From the human T2T-CHM13v2.0 reference genome, Homo sapiens, in assembly GCF_009914755.1 (NCBI RefSeq), contig NC_060934.1: 64,000 nucleotides of DNA; one strand, 5' to 3'. Shown here in pieces: positions 15,681 to 30,554 of this stretch. Both the position numbers and the translations under genes were made by a program. The notes beneath the pieces are model-generated. The model made no database searches, was not told where the DNA came from, and was given only the letters and a program-made list of their open reading frames with translations. Numbering within the stretch: the first letter of the stretch is position 1; every line of letters starts with the position of its first letter.

Positions 15681-16740
15681 GTGGAATGGATGGCAGGACA
15701 TGGAAAAGTGTTTTGTCCAAATGACATGTCCAAGGGCACTGGCAGCTGAAGGCAAGAGGGAACCAGTTAGTGCCACGGAGGAATGCCCACCCCCGTCTCC
15801 ACACTGCACAGAACAAAGTGAGTGTCCTTGTCCTGAACCCTCTGAGGTGAGTATCTTGCCTCAGTGCTTTCATGAAACCCTTTTTTGGAGAGACTCATTC
15901 TCTCCCCTTCTGTACCCACAAGGCAGCAGGGATAGCCCCTCTCAGGCTGAAGTTCTTCTAACAAAAAAGAGAATAAAATAATAGAATTAATGTAACGAAT
16001 AGTAAAATAATGAAAATGAAACTTTTTTTTTTTACAGAAGCAGCTCTGGAATTTCATTTATTGGCATTAAAAGCAGAAAATGGTCCTATAGAGCTCAATT
16101 TAATGGCAAAGATTAAGGAAAGAATAAAGACTCTGCCTAATAATGGTGACATGAGCTGTTCATATTGTCATTTTCTCTGGGACCTAATATGGGGGAGGAG
16201 GCGGGACCCCGTGTCGCCAGGCCCCAGGTGATTTTCACACTGTTTCCCCAAATCACTGCAGCCTCTTCCCTGCTGGTCCCTTGATGCTGCTGCTGTGCCT
16301 GGCGTCCTGTGGGACAAGAGTGCAACAGGGCGCTGGGTACCTTGGCAGCTTCCAGTGGGATAGGCCTGCGGCATTCTGAGCCTGAATGCGGTGATCACCA
16401 GGAAGTAAGGAGACACAAGCAGGAGGGGTTCCAGGATGGAGGGGCCACTTCTCAGGGATCAGTCTCAGGCCCCAGTTGGGAAGGATCCCCTTTCAGGACA
16501 ATGGCTCCAGGCCAAGGGCAACGCTGTTTCTGTGCGTCCTGATGACTGACCTGCGTCCACAGGGAAGCGTATCTGGGCTCCTTTTTTCCAGGCTGTGTTG
16601 GGAGCACCTTGAAATGGGAACTGGTGGATTTCAATTCCAGCCTTCTGGAAGCCATTCCAAAAGGAAACTGAGCTAAGGGATGTAGGTGGAGTAAGTAAAC
16701 AATTTTAGGTCCCAAACAACAGTTTTCAGATACAATATAG

Positions 16741-17395
16741 TGTGCGGGGAAAATAAAGCTTTGGGACCCCAATTCACAGCCAAAAAGGAAAAAAAAAATT
16801 AAGCTGGAAGCTGAATCATGCAAGAAACTGCCTTTCCTTTTGTTCCTAAGCAGATAGCTACAGATAAAGGGTTACATATCTCCACAGGAAGCTGGTCTAT
16901 GTTCACCTTATCTTACGTACAGGGCTGATTTACCACATGTGAGATGAAGACATAGCTGACCATCCCCATCTGCTCTGTTTCTCTTGCAACCTAAGGATGA
17001 CCACAGGTTCCCTCTTTCCCCTCCAGCCCACCCTTCCCCTCCAGCCCACCCTTCCCCTCCAGTCCACCTTTTCCCTCCAGCCCACCCTTCCCCTCCAGTC
17101 CACCCTTCCCCTCCAGCCCACCCTTCCCCTCCAGTCCACCCTTCCCCTCCAGCCCACCCTTCCCCTCCAGCCCACCCTTCCCCTCCAGTCCACCTTTTCC
17201 CTCCAGCCCACCCTTCCCCTCCAGCCCACCGGTCCCCTTTAAATACTGAAGCCCTCAAAATCATACTGGGAGGAAGGAACAGACCACAGACTGTTTCTGT
17301 GATTCCATGTTTTTTCCTTCCGAGCATGTCCTTAACCTTGGCAGAATTAACTTTTAAATGGATTGAGATTGGTCTCAGGTACCTTTTGGTTTACA
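16741..17395 (+). mobile_element. MER4C-like ERV1 solo LTR with internal minisatellite
   Basis: TG...CA ends (tgtgcggggaaaataaag ... ttttggtttaca); flanks ATAG/ATCG; body matches recalled MER4C. Confidence 0.8.
17016..17230. repeat. 18-bp minisatellite x12 (ccttcccctccagcccac)
   Basis: Directly visible; translated as repeated PPAHPS in the ORF track. Confidence 0.93.
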
Positions 17396-17562
17396 ATCGC
17401 ATGCCTCAGCCAGCGCACTGCTCTCTGGCCTTTGTCCTCTTTTACCAAACGAGGAGGGTGGATTCCACAATCCTAAAACCCCTTCAGCTCTCCATAGGTT
17501 TCTGGGAGGACACAGTTACCTAAGAGATTAGAGACAGCATCACAAAAATATAAGCAGATGAT

Positions 17563-17995
17563 GTGTGTCAGTTAGGGTTAAGTTTGGCTGCATAAAATGG
17601 AAGACTCAAGCTAACAGAGGCTTACACATAGAAAGGTCTGTCCTTTCACATGAAAGGAATCTGAAGGGAGGCAATCCTCCCCTGTGCACTGGATCTGTGA
17701 TCTTATCAGAGAGCCCAGCTTCTCCTGTCATTCCCTCAGGCACTTTGACTGAAGGTGGTTGTATCTTCTAGATCACCTCATGCCCCAAGATAGCAGCTTT
17801 GTTCCTGCAATCACAGCTGCATTCAAAGCAGCAGGAAAAAGAAAAAAAAAAAAAAGCCATACTCAGTAGTTGAACTCCTTTTAAGGAGTCCTTTTGAAAG
17901 TCGTGCTCAACAATTCTACTTAAATCACATGGGCCAGAATGGACCCACATGACCACATGCGTGCACAAAGACAGCTGGGGAATGAAGCATTTAGC
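17563..17995. mobile_element. Old ERVL-type LTR (LTR33-like)
   Basis: Degenerate similarity to recalled consensus (tgtcagttagggttaagtttggctgc ... cacatgaccaca). Confidence 0.45.
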
Positions 17996-18831
17996 GCAGA
18001 GCCTCAGTCAGAAGAGGAGGAGGAAATGGATGTTGAACCAACTGTTTCTGTCACATGGTGTTTTAGTTGAGCTTGGAAGGATGAGTGGGTTATTCAGAGA
18101 CGTGCTTGGAGAGAGACACAAGCAAGGATCGTTGTGGAAGAAGCATGCCGGGAATTTTCAGGATACAAAGAGTCCCCCCACCACTGCAGAGTCTTCTAGC
18201 TAAAAACTCAAGGGCTTCTGAATTATTTCCATACTGTTTCTTTCTAAATTTAGAAGATTTACAATTCAATTATGTATAATGCTAAGACCTTGTCTTCTTG
18301 GAGATAATTCAAAAACAAGTCTGTTTTTGTTTGGAAAGAGAAACCTAAGACCCACATGGAGGGGGAGGAAGTTTCTAGCTTCCTGGAACACAATGCTGGA
18401 AGGAATTCAGGTGAAATATTCCATGGCCTTCTGACTGCTCTCCGGTGCCTGTTGTGAAGTCTAAAAGCTGTGATGCTCCCAGGGAATGGCTATGTTCTGA
18501 AAGCTTTTCCAGGAAAGTATCTTGAGTTGGGCTACATCCTTAGCTCCCTGGTTCTCAGAAAGAGCCTTCTCGAAGTCCAGAGGGCACTTAGATAAGACAG
18601 ACTACATGGCACTTGAGGTTTCCTCCCTGATTTTCTTCCAGACATCTCTGAGGCATCAGAAGCAAGGGTCAACAACTCAGTGTAATAGAAACTTTTAAAT
18701 GGATCAAATATTAGGATAGAAGGAGAAACCTTCAAAATTATGCCTATTATTTAGCACTTCATCTGCCACAAAGCAAAACAAAGTATAAACTTCTCACTGC
18801 AACTGTGAGAGAAGAGGATACTAAAACATTT

Positions 18832-19502
<671 letters not shown>

Positions 19503-19944
19503 GTAGGAAATGGCAAAAATAAATTACTTATACAGTGTTTATCACTAGTAATAAAGTATGCACAAAACATCATTTATAGTCTATATTCACTATAATATGT
19601 TGTGCTCTATTTTCATGTTAATTCATGCAAAAAAAACAAAGAGAAAGATGTTCGAGAGAGGTATTAAGAAACAGCACCATAACCTTTAGAAAAACTAGAA
19701 ACTGGTAGAAGTCAGTGTTTTAAAAACCTTTTTTATTTGCTGCTTGTTTGGAAGTCAGTGGTGACATTTCAAGGAGGAGTTGTCATTGGGAAGGCAGATT
19801 TCAGGAGGCTTTAGTAAGAGTGCGTGGGGAAGACGGGGAAGGAAGGAGGACAGGTGACTTAGAAAGATTCCTGGTGGTGATTGGAAGTGCAGAAATAGAA
19901 TGGTGACCTCAGGGAGAAGCAATTCAAGGAACGTTGTGCTTTTG

Positions 19945-20175
19945 CTTCTCTCTGCCTTTCTCCCCATCTCTCTTTCCATCTCTCTCTGCCTCTCACTTTG
20001 CCTGTCTCTGTTTCTCCCTCTCTCTCTCTCTCCTGGTTGCTCTGTCTCTCTCTGTCTCTTTTTAAGACTCTGTGTTTGTCTCTGTTTCTCTCTTCCCCTC
20101 ATCTCTTACTCCATCTTTCTATGTCTGTCTGTGTCTCTGCTTCTCTGACCCTCTCTCTCTCTCTCACTCTCCCTC

Positions 20176-20208
<33 letters not shown>
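19945..20208. repeat. CT-rich tract followed by (TG)n
   Basis: Directly visible; about 15 TG units at ~20178-20208. Confidence 0.9.
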
Positions 20209-20209
<1 letters not shown>

Positions 20210-20653
20210 TCACTCTGTTGGTTTCTCACTCCCACTCTCCATCTCGCAGCTCTCTGGTTTCACTATGCAAGCTGACTCTCCCCACCTGATGATCCAGTGG
20301 GATTAGCAGGAAGCGGGTGGACCACCCCCACCACCCACATCCTGTGCCCATCCATGAACTGGGGCACAGGAGAGGACTGATCTCCCTACTTGGCCTGGCT
20401 GGACACGCTGACCCTCAGGTCCACAGGCAGTGGAAGGAGCAGTTCCTGGAAGGTGAGAGTGGGTCCTGTGGCAGATGGAAGAGACAAGTATGTTGAGCAA
20501 CAAAAATGATCAGCACTTGGTCTATGGTAGCAGGAGCTCAGAGGTGAGGAACCTTAGGGCCTTAAACGAGCGGCCCACTGTGGCAAAAACTTTTTTAAAC
20601 AAAAAAATAGTCAGCCCCTAAGGAGTGTTCCAATGACCACCTCTTAAGCAATA

Positions 20654-21092
20654 CAATTGATCCTTGAACAATGCAGAGATTAGGGGCACCAACCCGCCAC
20701 ACAGTCGAAATTCAGCCAATAACTTTTGACTACCCAAAAACGGATTGACCGTTACCCAAGAATAGCCTATTCTTGGGTAAAAGCCTCAGTGATCACGCAG
20801 ATAATTGGTTAACACAAATTTTGTATGTTATATGTATTGTATAGTGTATTCTTACAGTAAAGTAAGCTAGAGGAAATAAAGCAATCCTAAGGAAAATGTG
20901 TTGACTATTCATTAAGTGCCTCATCATAGAGGTTCTTCTCCTCACCTTTGCATTGAGTAGGCAGAGGAGGAGGATGTGGAAGGAAAGGAGGAGGGGTTGG
21001 TCTTGCTGTCTAAGGGGTGGCAGAAGTGAAAAAAATCCATGTGTAAGTAAGTGACCCATGCGGTTCAAACCCTGCTGTTCAAGGGTCAACTG
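20654..21092 (+). mobile_element. Tigger2a-like non-autonomous DNA transposon
   Basis: TIRs caattgatccttgaaca / tgttcaagggtcaactg; TA on the left flank; ~440 bp. Confidence 0.85.
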
Positions 21093-21126
21093 TTTGAACA
21101 GGGAAGTTTTGAAGTGACCTCTTTTC

Positions 21127-21212
21127 TTTTCTTTTTTTTTTTTCCTTGAGACAGGGTCTCACTCTGTTGCCCAGGCTGGAGTGCAGTGGCTCGATCTTGG
21201 CTCACTGAAATG
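21127..21212 (-). mobile_element. Severely 5'-truncated Alu
   Basis: 16-bp TSD GAAGTGACCTCTTTTC (21111-21126 / 21213-21228). Confidence 0.88.
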
Positions 21213-22407
21213 GAAGTGACCTCTTTTCAAACAGGGCATGGCCGGGAAAGGGGGAGGAAAATGGCAAAGTCTACCCCACAAACTCAGGACCAAGATCCCT
21301 AATTTCTTCCCCTGGTGAGCGAGGCTCCCATTCCCTGGACTACAAAGTCTATTTGGGTTCAAAGACCACCTAGGCTCTGGGCTTGGCCTTCCAAGAGAAG
21401 AGGGTACCTGGGCCCTCCCAAGAATGCAGAGCTGTCTGCCCCGGACGTGTGACCGCAGCTCTGATCCTGTACCTGGTCTGAGCTTCACTGCACCAGTCAT
21501 TCCTCCTCCTGCAGGTGGACCCGGCCGCAGGCTCTAAACCAGGCAACACGTGGTTGTGGGTGGATGTGCTTGCAGGCAGAGGAAGAGGTCGCGGCTTACA
21601 TAAGAATCTCAAAGTTGACACCCAAAGAAGATAAAAGCGCCTGCCGGATGCTGGCATATACAACTAATGAGGATAATGCTCTGGGTGTACATCCTGGCAC
21701 ACTGGAAGAGCATTCTTGTTCATGGTGGTAGTTTCAAATATTTCAGTGAGTTTTCCCTTGAATGCCTCAGCCGGGAGCCATTTCAGTTCCGCTCAGGCAG
21801 CAAGGGAGCTTCAAGGACTCGTAGTTAGGAATTCAAGCTTGTACACAGCGACAGGTCACAGGTCCGTGGAAGATACCTGTCAACCAATATTCAGATTTAG
21901 CATTCCATAACTGAGGCATAGGGCATCTCTGACCTCATCTGACATGGCCAAAATCATGATTGTTTTTCTAACTGGGAAATTTATGTAACTTATTTGCCAA
22001 TAAAGAACCATCTCTCTCCCCCCATTTTCTGACATAACGCTAGTCATTAGGGAAATGCTCTGACAATGTTCATGAAAGAACAAACCAATGTCTTCTGCTT
22101 TAATACCACGGATTTAACACATATGACTCTTGCTGCTTCCATATGACACTAAAAGTATCAGGAGTGCCAGGAAGTCTCTTTAATCGTCATTCTCCAAAGT
22201 GCTCAGGAGATGAAGTCATTCTGTGAAGTGGACTTCAGTTGACACCACTGAGAAAATGTCCCAGAGAAAGTAAAACTTGTAATGGCATCATACTTTACAG
22301 AAATAATGCAAACTTCTTTCTTTCCTTCCTTTCCAGTTTTTAGATATTAATTTTAATTGGTTCAGGGCAACCTGTTTCTGCATCAAAGTCTTGGGAAGCT
22401 TCCAACT

Positions 22408-23237
<830 letters not shown>

Positions 23238-24097
23238 GAGAAACCAACCCCACCTGTTTTCTATATAAAGTTTAGCATCTAGATACAAAGCAAAATACTT
23301 TTTAAAGATCAAAGAATCTGCAGGGAAGCTGGTGGGAGGAGAATAGGCTGAAGGCAGCGTTTTCTGATCTACAGTTTTGCTTATTCTTGAACTTTCCAAA
23401 GTCCCGAAAGAAGCAGAAGGAAAGTGAGAAGAAGGGAGGAAGAGGCAAGAGGAAAGGAGGATGGTTGCCCCTCTGTGGTTGCAGATTAGCCCAAGGCAGC
23501 TCAGTGGCTGGCAAGGAAAGAAGGAATGAAACCCCCAAGGCCGAAGGCAGAGTCAGAGTCCTGGGACCAGCAGGGTCTGGAGGGGAGGAGGGTGCGGGCA
23601 GCCAAAGACCTTCCCGCTAGCACTGCAACCTCTTAAATTGCTTACGCTTTTATCCAAATTTGATGTGTCTGCGTTTTGTAGACTTCCAAAACAAGTCACT
23701 TAGGGTAACGCAAGCAGGAAGGGGAGGATGATAGGAGAAGGGGCCCCACCTGATGCCGCCCTTCTGGCTTTTATCCATTCCTGGGAATGACGGGGGACGC
23801 CCCTATGGGAGATACAGTGGCGTGGAGCAACAGTGGAGAATTCCAAGTCCGAAAAGCAATTGGCATTTTAAAGGAAAGTAAGAAATCACCCTGAATATAT
23901 GAAATACTGGGGAAAAAGATTGTTACTGATAATTCTCAAGAGACCACTCTGGTGAGATTGGGTTTCTCTGGGGATGTGTCAGGCAGGGTATAAGTACTGA
24001 GTGGGCACCTCCCACCCACCCTTCAGGCTCCTCCCTCAGCTCCTGTCTCCTGAAGCAGTCAGAGGGCAGCTCCGGTCCTCACCTCCTCTGAGCGACC

Positions 24098-26276
24098 CGC
24101 TCACTCATTCACTCACTCATTCATTCACTCACTCATTCATTCACTCACTCATTCAGTCACTCATTCGGTCACTCACTCATTCACGCACTCACTCATTACT
24201 CATTTACTCATTCACCCCCTTTTACTCAATCACTCATTCATTCACTTTCACTCAGTCATTCACTCATTAACCAATTCACTCACTCATTCACTCATTCACT
24301 AACCCATTCAGTCACTCATTCACTCATTCATCACTAACCCATTGACTCACTCACTCAATCACTCATTCACTCACTAACCCATTGACTCACTCACTCAATC
24401 ACTCATTCACTCACTCAATCACTCATTCACTCACTAACCCATTGACTCACTCCCTCAATCACTCATTCACTCACTAACCCATTGACTCACTCAATCACTC
24501 ATTCATTCACTAACCCATTGACTCACTCGATCACTCATTCACTCACTCATTCACTCACTCATTCACTGTGGGGAAAAGAAAGAGAGACCAGACTATTACT
24601 GTGTCTGTGTAGAAAGATGTAGACATAAGAGACTCCATTTTGTTCTGTACTAAGAAAAATTCTTCTGCCTTGAGATGCTGTTAATCTGTAACCCTACCCC
24701 CAACCCTGTGCTCCCTGAAACACATGCTGTGTCAACTCAGGGTTAAATGGATTAAGGGCTGTGCAGGGTGTGCTTTGTTAAACACATACTTGAAGGCAGC
24801 TTGCTTGTTAAGAGTCATCACCACGCCCTAATCTCAAACCACTCCCTAATCTCAAGTACCCAGAGACATAAAACACTGCGGAAAGCCACAGGGACCTCTG
24901 CCTAGGAAAGCCAGGCATTGTCCAAGGTTTCTCCCCATGTTATAGTCTGAAATATGGCCTCGTGGGAAGGGAAAGACCTGACCGTCCCCCAGCCCGACAC
25001 CCGTAAATGGTCTGTGCTGAGGAGGAAGGAAGGCCTCTTTGCAGTTGAGATGAGAGGAAGGCTTCTGTCTCCTGCTCCTCCGTGGGCAATGGAATGTCTT
25101 GGTGTAAAGCCGATTGTATATTCCATCTACTGAGATAGGGGAAAACTGCCTTAAGGCTGGAGGTGGGACATGCTGGCAGCAATACTGCTCCTTAAGGCAT
25201 TGAGATGTTTATGTATATGCACATCAAAAGCACAGCACTTTTTTCTTTACCTTGTTTATGATGCAGAGACATTTGTTCACGTGTTTACCTTCTGACCTTC
25301 TCTCCACCATTATCCTATTATCCTGCCATGCCCAATAATGATCAATAAATACTAAGGGAACTCAAAGGCCAGTGCCGGCGTGGATCCTCTGTATGCTGAA
25401 CGCCGGTCCCCTGGGCCCCTTTTTCTTTCTCTATACTTTGTCTCTGTGTCTCTTTCTTTTCCAAGTCTCTCGTTCCACCTAATGAGAAACACCCACAGGT
25501 GTGGAGGGGCAACCCATCCCTTCAATTCACTCCCTCATTCACTCACTCCCTCATTCACACACTCAGCCATTCACTGACTCACCCTTTCACTCACTCATCC
25601 ATTCACTCATTCACTCACTTATTCACTCACTCACTCATTCCCTCATTCAATCATTCACTCACTCACTCATTCACTCACTCATTCACCTCTTCACTCACTC
25701 ATTCACCTCTTCACTCACTCATTCACTTCAATCATTCACTCTATCACTCATTCACTCACCCTTTACTCATACACTCACTCATTTATTGACTCATTCACTC
25801 ATTCATTCATTCACTCATTCACTTGTTCACTCACTCATTCACTTGTTCACTCACTCATTCACTTGTTCACTCACTCATTCACTCACCCATTCACTCACTC
25901 ACCGGCTCATTTGCTCACTCACTCATTCACCCACTCACCCATTCACTGAGTCATTCACTCACTCACTCACTCATTCACTCATTTATTCACTACTTATTCA
26001 CTTACTCACTTATTCACTCACCCATTCACTAAGTCATTGATTCATTCACTTATTCACTCACTTATTCACTAAGTCACTCGTTCATTCACTTATTCATTCA
26101 CCCATTCACTCACTCACACATTCACTCACTCACGTTCACTCATTCACCCACTCATTTCACTCACTCATTTACCCACTCACTTACTCCTTCACTCATCCAC
26201 TCACTCACTCATTCACTGACTCACTCACTCACCCATTCACTCATTTACTCCTTCACTCACTCACTCCATTCATTCA
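24098..26276. repeat. (CACT/CATT)n degenerate tetranucleotide array split by LTR5
   Basis: About 470 bp left and 750 bp right of the LTR; abuts a reverse L2-like fragment at ~26270-26600. Confidence 0.9.
24567..25524 (+). mobile_element. HERV-K (HML-2) solo LTR, LTR5B-like
   Basis: tgtggggaaaagaaagagag ... aacccatcccttca; 958 bp; perfect 6-bp TSD ATTCAC (24561-24566 / 25525-25530). Confidence 0.94.
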
Positions 26277-28012
26277 GCAGCACCCATGGCAGGTTCACTC
26301 TGTCCTGGGCTCTGCTGTTGCCCTGGGCCTGCAACAGGGAATAGTCAAAGATCTCTGAATCCACAGCATTCAGAGTTCAGCAGGGGGGCCTGTCGAGAAG
26401 CCCAGCAGATAGGTGAAATGCCCCACGTGTGACACGCATGAGGCTGTTTTAAGAGAAGCGGGGAGGGAACAGGAGTGTGCATGGAGCCCGAATTTCTAAG
26501 AGGGTGATCTGGGGAGGCCTCACCATGCAGGAGACCTTGCAGGACAGACCTGAGGAAGGTGGGAAGAGTGGGTAGGGAGAGGAGGGCCCGGGCTGAGGAA
26601 AGAGCAGGCTGGGCCTGAGGTTGTCGGGTGCCTGCATGGGTCTCTGGGCAGCACTAGGATCCGATGGACCAGTGGGCCATGTGTGGGGCCTGTGACTCCC
26701 AAGTCAGCAGAGGAGATGCCTGAATTACATCCTGATAGGTGCACCCTGACTTTGAAGCTGAGGACACCCGAGGCATGGAGGTGGGGTGGAGGTGGGGGCA
26801 GAGCAGGGGATGGGGAGGGAGCCTGTGTCAGTCCAGGTCACAGGTGGTAGCTTGGCCCCAGTGGCTCCAGATGCAATGAAGAGCCAGGAGGGACCTTCCT
26901 GAGGGACTTGGATGCCAGGGTAGAGGAGCACTGCAAGGCTTCAGCCTGAGACCCTGGGAGGATGGGGTCACCAGGAGCTGAGGTGAGGAAGACCGAGGGG
27001 TGGGGGGTTGCGTGGGGGTGCAGAGGCCTAAGCTCAGTTTGGCCCCTGCAGATTTGAGATGCCTACTCCATGCACAGGCAGAAACAGCAGGGGAAGGGAA
27101 GAGGCTGCAGCTCAGGTAGCCCTGGTGGTGGAATGTGCAGCCCAACATGCCGGAACACAGGGTTATGGTGCCCTCATGGCTAGGAGCTGCTTTCCTCCTG
27201 GGATGGCAGGACTCCTTTAGGGCACATGGGCAGCTCCTGCGCTCACCGCAGAGGGGAAGTGGGAAGGGCATCTGTCCCTATGCATGTTCTCCTTCACCTT
27301 GTCCTAGGCAGGTCCCAGGCAGCACCTCCCCTCCCAGTGGCTCCCCGTGGCCCCTGCCCCTAGTGTTCACAGCCAGATCCTCGAAGAGGGCTGGACTCAG
27401 TTGCTCACTTCTAATGAACAGAATCAGGCAAAAGAGACGGCGGTCTTTCCTGAGATTGGATTGGGAAGGGCTGCAGGTTCCGTCCACTGGAATTCTCCCC
27501 CTGGCTCTTGACATGTGCTAGTTCTGGCAAAGCCAGTCACCTGCCCAGGGCAGAGGGCAGCCTGAAGCTGATGCCAGGGACAGACTGGGGCCTTCAGTCC
27601 AACAGCCTGCAAGCAACAGAATCCTGCCAGCAACACAGGAGTGAGCGTGGAAGCAGCTCCTCCCATGATGAGCCTGAGCCTTCAGAAGACACTGTAGCCC
27701 TGGGCAGACACCTGTTGCAGCCACAGAGGGCCCCTGGGGCAGAGGGCCCAGTGAAGCCTGTCTGAACTACTGGTCCAAGGAGTAATCATTCCTGTGGTAT
27801 AAGTGTGTGCTGGTGTGGGCCACAGTTTGCAGTAATCTGTCAAGGGACAATAAAGAACAAACACACATGTCAGGTCCTACTGGGTGGAAGCCGTACAGTC
27901 AACAAGGCATGCAGTATCTTCCTCTTGAATTAGAAGATTCATTGCTCAGGCCAAAGATTAAACAACAAAAAAAAAATCTCTAGTTGTAGCACCATTAAAA
28001 TACACGACTTGC

Positions 28013-28045
<33 letters not shown>

Positions 28046-30554
28046 TAGCTATGCTTTTCCATCTTAGCTACAGGTATATATAAATATATGTTAATTCCTT
28101 GACTGACTGAGCAATGGGTCAAACTCATGAGAATAGATGTGTGAGGACGGTCAGTGACCACCCTGACCCCAGCCCTTACATACAGACAAACTTTTGAACA
28201 TAATCCATAACCCTGGGGATCTGGACACTCTAAATTTTATTGTTTTTAATTAACTATTTCTATTCCCCAAACAATACCTGTTCATTGGAGAGAAAAATGG
28301 CATTACCTATACTAAGCAAAAGAAAGGAAATAAAATGCTCAGAAACATTTACGTGTGTGCACACTCACACACACACTTACACGCACACGTGCGCACATGC
28401 AAGCACAGGCTCACACTGTGTCCAGGCCTGCCTTTTCATTTATTTGTTTGACCTGAACATATTTCCATGTCAGTCGACACTTATCTTCGTAGTGGTAACA
28501 GCAATTAAATATTATCGCAGCGTATATTTTTAACCATCATTTATTTAACTCGTCATGTTTGAACTGTTAGGTTGTATTTATCGTTTTCTGTATTACAGAC
28601 GACTTGATGACAAATGACCAATCCTCTAATGTTCAATATAAAAATATCAATTGCATAAGGAGATAAGGGGCATTTGGCTAAAATAAAATTCAGTGTGCCC
28701 CACCCTCTCCACATGTAATTTGCTCTAAAAAGGCATGAATGACTAAATTAGCCCTTCTATTCTCCAGCGCAGCTCCTGAGCCCAGCGGTGGGTGCAGGTG
28801 CTTAGAGCCTGGCTCTGCTCTTCTGCCGCCAGAAGGCGAAGGGCACCCAACCCAGGATTCTCCTCTCCTTTTTTATTAATAGAAGAGTGCTCAGGCTCAG
28901 TGCATGAGAGCAGCGCTCTCTGACTTTGCACTTATCAGAGTAACCTAGGGGGCTTGTTTAAAAATACACATTCCCTGGCTGAGCTCCCAGAAATTGGACT
29001 TCAGTGGTTTAGCGGGAGTGTGCATAGGCCAGGTGATTCTGAGGACCAACAGGGGTTAGGAATTGCCCCGTTAATTCTGGCCAAGGGAGAGATCAGACCA
29101 TCCAGCATTGTCCGCAGCAGAGTTTTTCCCCCTCTTTTGCAATGAATATTTGATGCTCAGAGGGATGAGCCCCAGGATGAGGCACACATCCAAGAAAAAT
29201 CCATGCCTCTCCATCTTTTCCCCAGGATTGCCCTAAGGCGAGCCGCTCTTTGTGATTCCTTCACTTTCCCCGGTTCATAGAACAGGCCTCTTCTTAGTCT
29301 GTTTTGTTGTCTCTTATCTGTTCAACAAACACCCACTGCGCAGGACCATCCTCCGGTGAGCCGTCGAGTGGGGCCGTTTGGGAGCCCTTCTTCGTGGGTG
29401 AGCACTGAAGGAACCCGGGTCCCATAAGCCCGTGCTTCTATGGGGGCTGCCCCCTCTCCCATCGCAGGGTAACTGGCACCAGGCTGTTAAGCTGTGGATG
29501 GGCAACCGCACAGTGCATTGGATGTGAGTATTTCAGTACGTGGAGCTGGCCAGTGGAGCCGGCCGAGGTCAGGCAGAGCGTACAGCAGCGCGCGTGTCCG
29601 TGGGGAGGGAGGGTCCTCCCGCCTCCCCGCCTCCCCGCCAGGCCAGTCCTGTTGCGCCTCCTCCTGCCCCACTCTGACTTTCCAGCGCCCAGGCCGGGGC
29701 GCCGCCAGGGCGTCTCTGAGGGTCGCGCCCCGATACCTTCCTCCACCCCACGGCTTCTTCCCCCCAAGGGCGGGGCTGGGGGCCCAGGAGCACCACAGCC
29801 CCCATGGGCCCGGGAAATGGCAGCTTCGTCATGGCCCAGCCCGCCACGCTCACCTTTTCCCACCACCTGGAGGATCCACTCTCCGTCCGTCCTTCCCGAC
29901 CTCAGGCTGCAGAGGAAACCTGGGGGCGGGGGTCGAGGAAGCCGAGCCCCGAGGCTCCCAGCGCCGCCCCAGGAGGAATCTTGCGGGCCACTAGAAGCTG
30001 TGCGCGCGGCCGGGCTCGGCCCCCACAACGGCCCGAGCGGCCGGGCCTGCCGCGAGCCTCCGCGTCCAGGTGGGGTCTCCGCGCCCCCATTCCACCCCTC
30101 CCCGCCATCGGCGCTCCCCGCAACTGCGGGGTTTCCACCCGCCCCGGCGCTCGCGCCCACTCACGGTCTCCCTCGCCCCCCCGGGAGATGCTCCCGGCGT
30201 TCTATCCCGCCCCGCCCTGGCGCGCCCCGCAAACGATGTGACCCCGGCCCCCTGCGGTCTCCCCTCCTCCGGACGCTGCCCCTGCCCCACCTGTGGCGCT
30301 CCCGTCATCTCTAGAGCCCCCAACCAGAGTCCTCCAGCCCACCCGCCAGGCTCGCGCACCTGCGATGCGGCCCCACTAGCAGGGACCCGCCCACCTGTGG
30401 CGCTACCCCTGCCTCTGCCGCCTCCCGCACCGCTAGCGCGGCCCCCACCTACGACGACCCCCGCGTAGATGCTCCTGCCCACACCCGCCCCAGCCCCGGC
30501 CCCTGCCCCTAGCCGCGCCCGCGCCCCCTCCCCCGCAGCCCCTCCCATACGCTC

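Noticed and set aside
16908-17523. PPAHPS / WAGGEG repeat proteins
   Set aside because: 18-bp minisatellite within an LTR.
25499-26040. His/Ser/Thr-rich ORFs
   Set aside because: Translation of the (CACT/CATT)n array.
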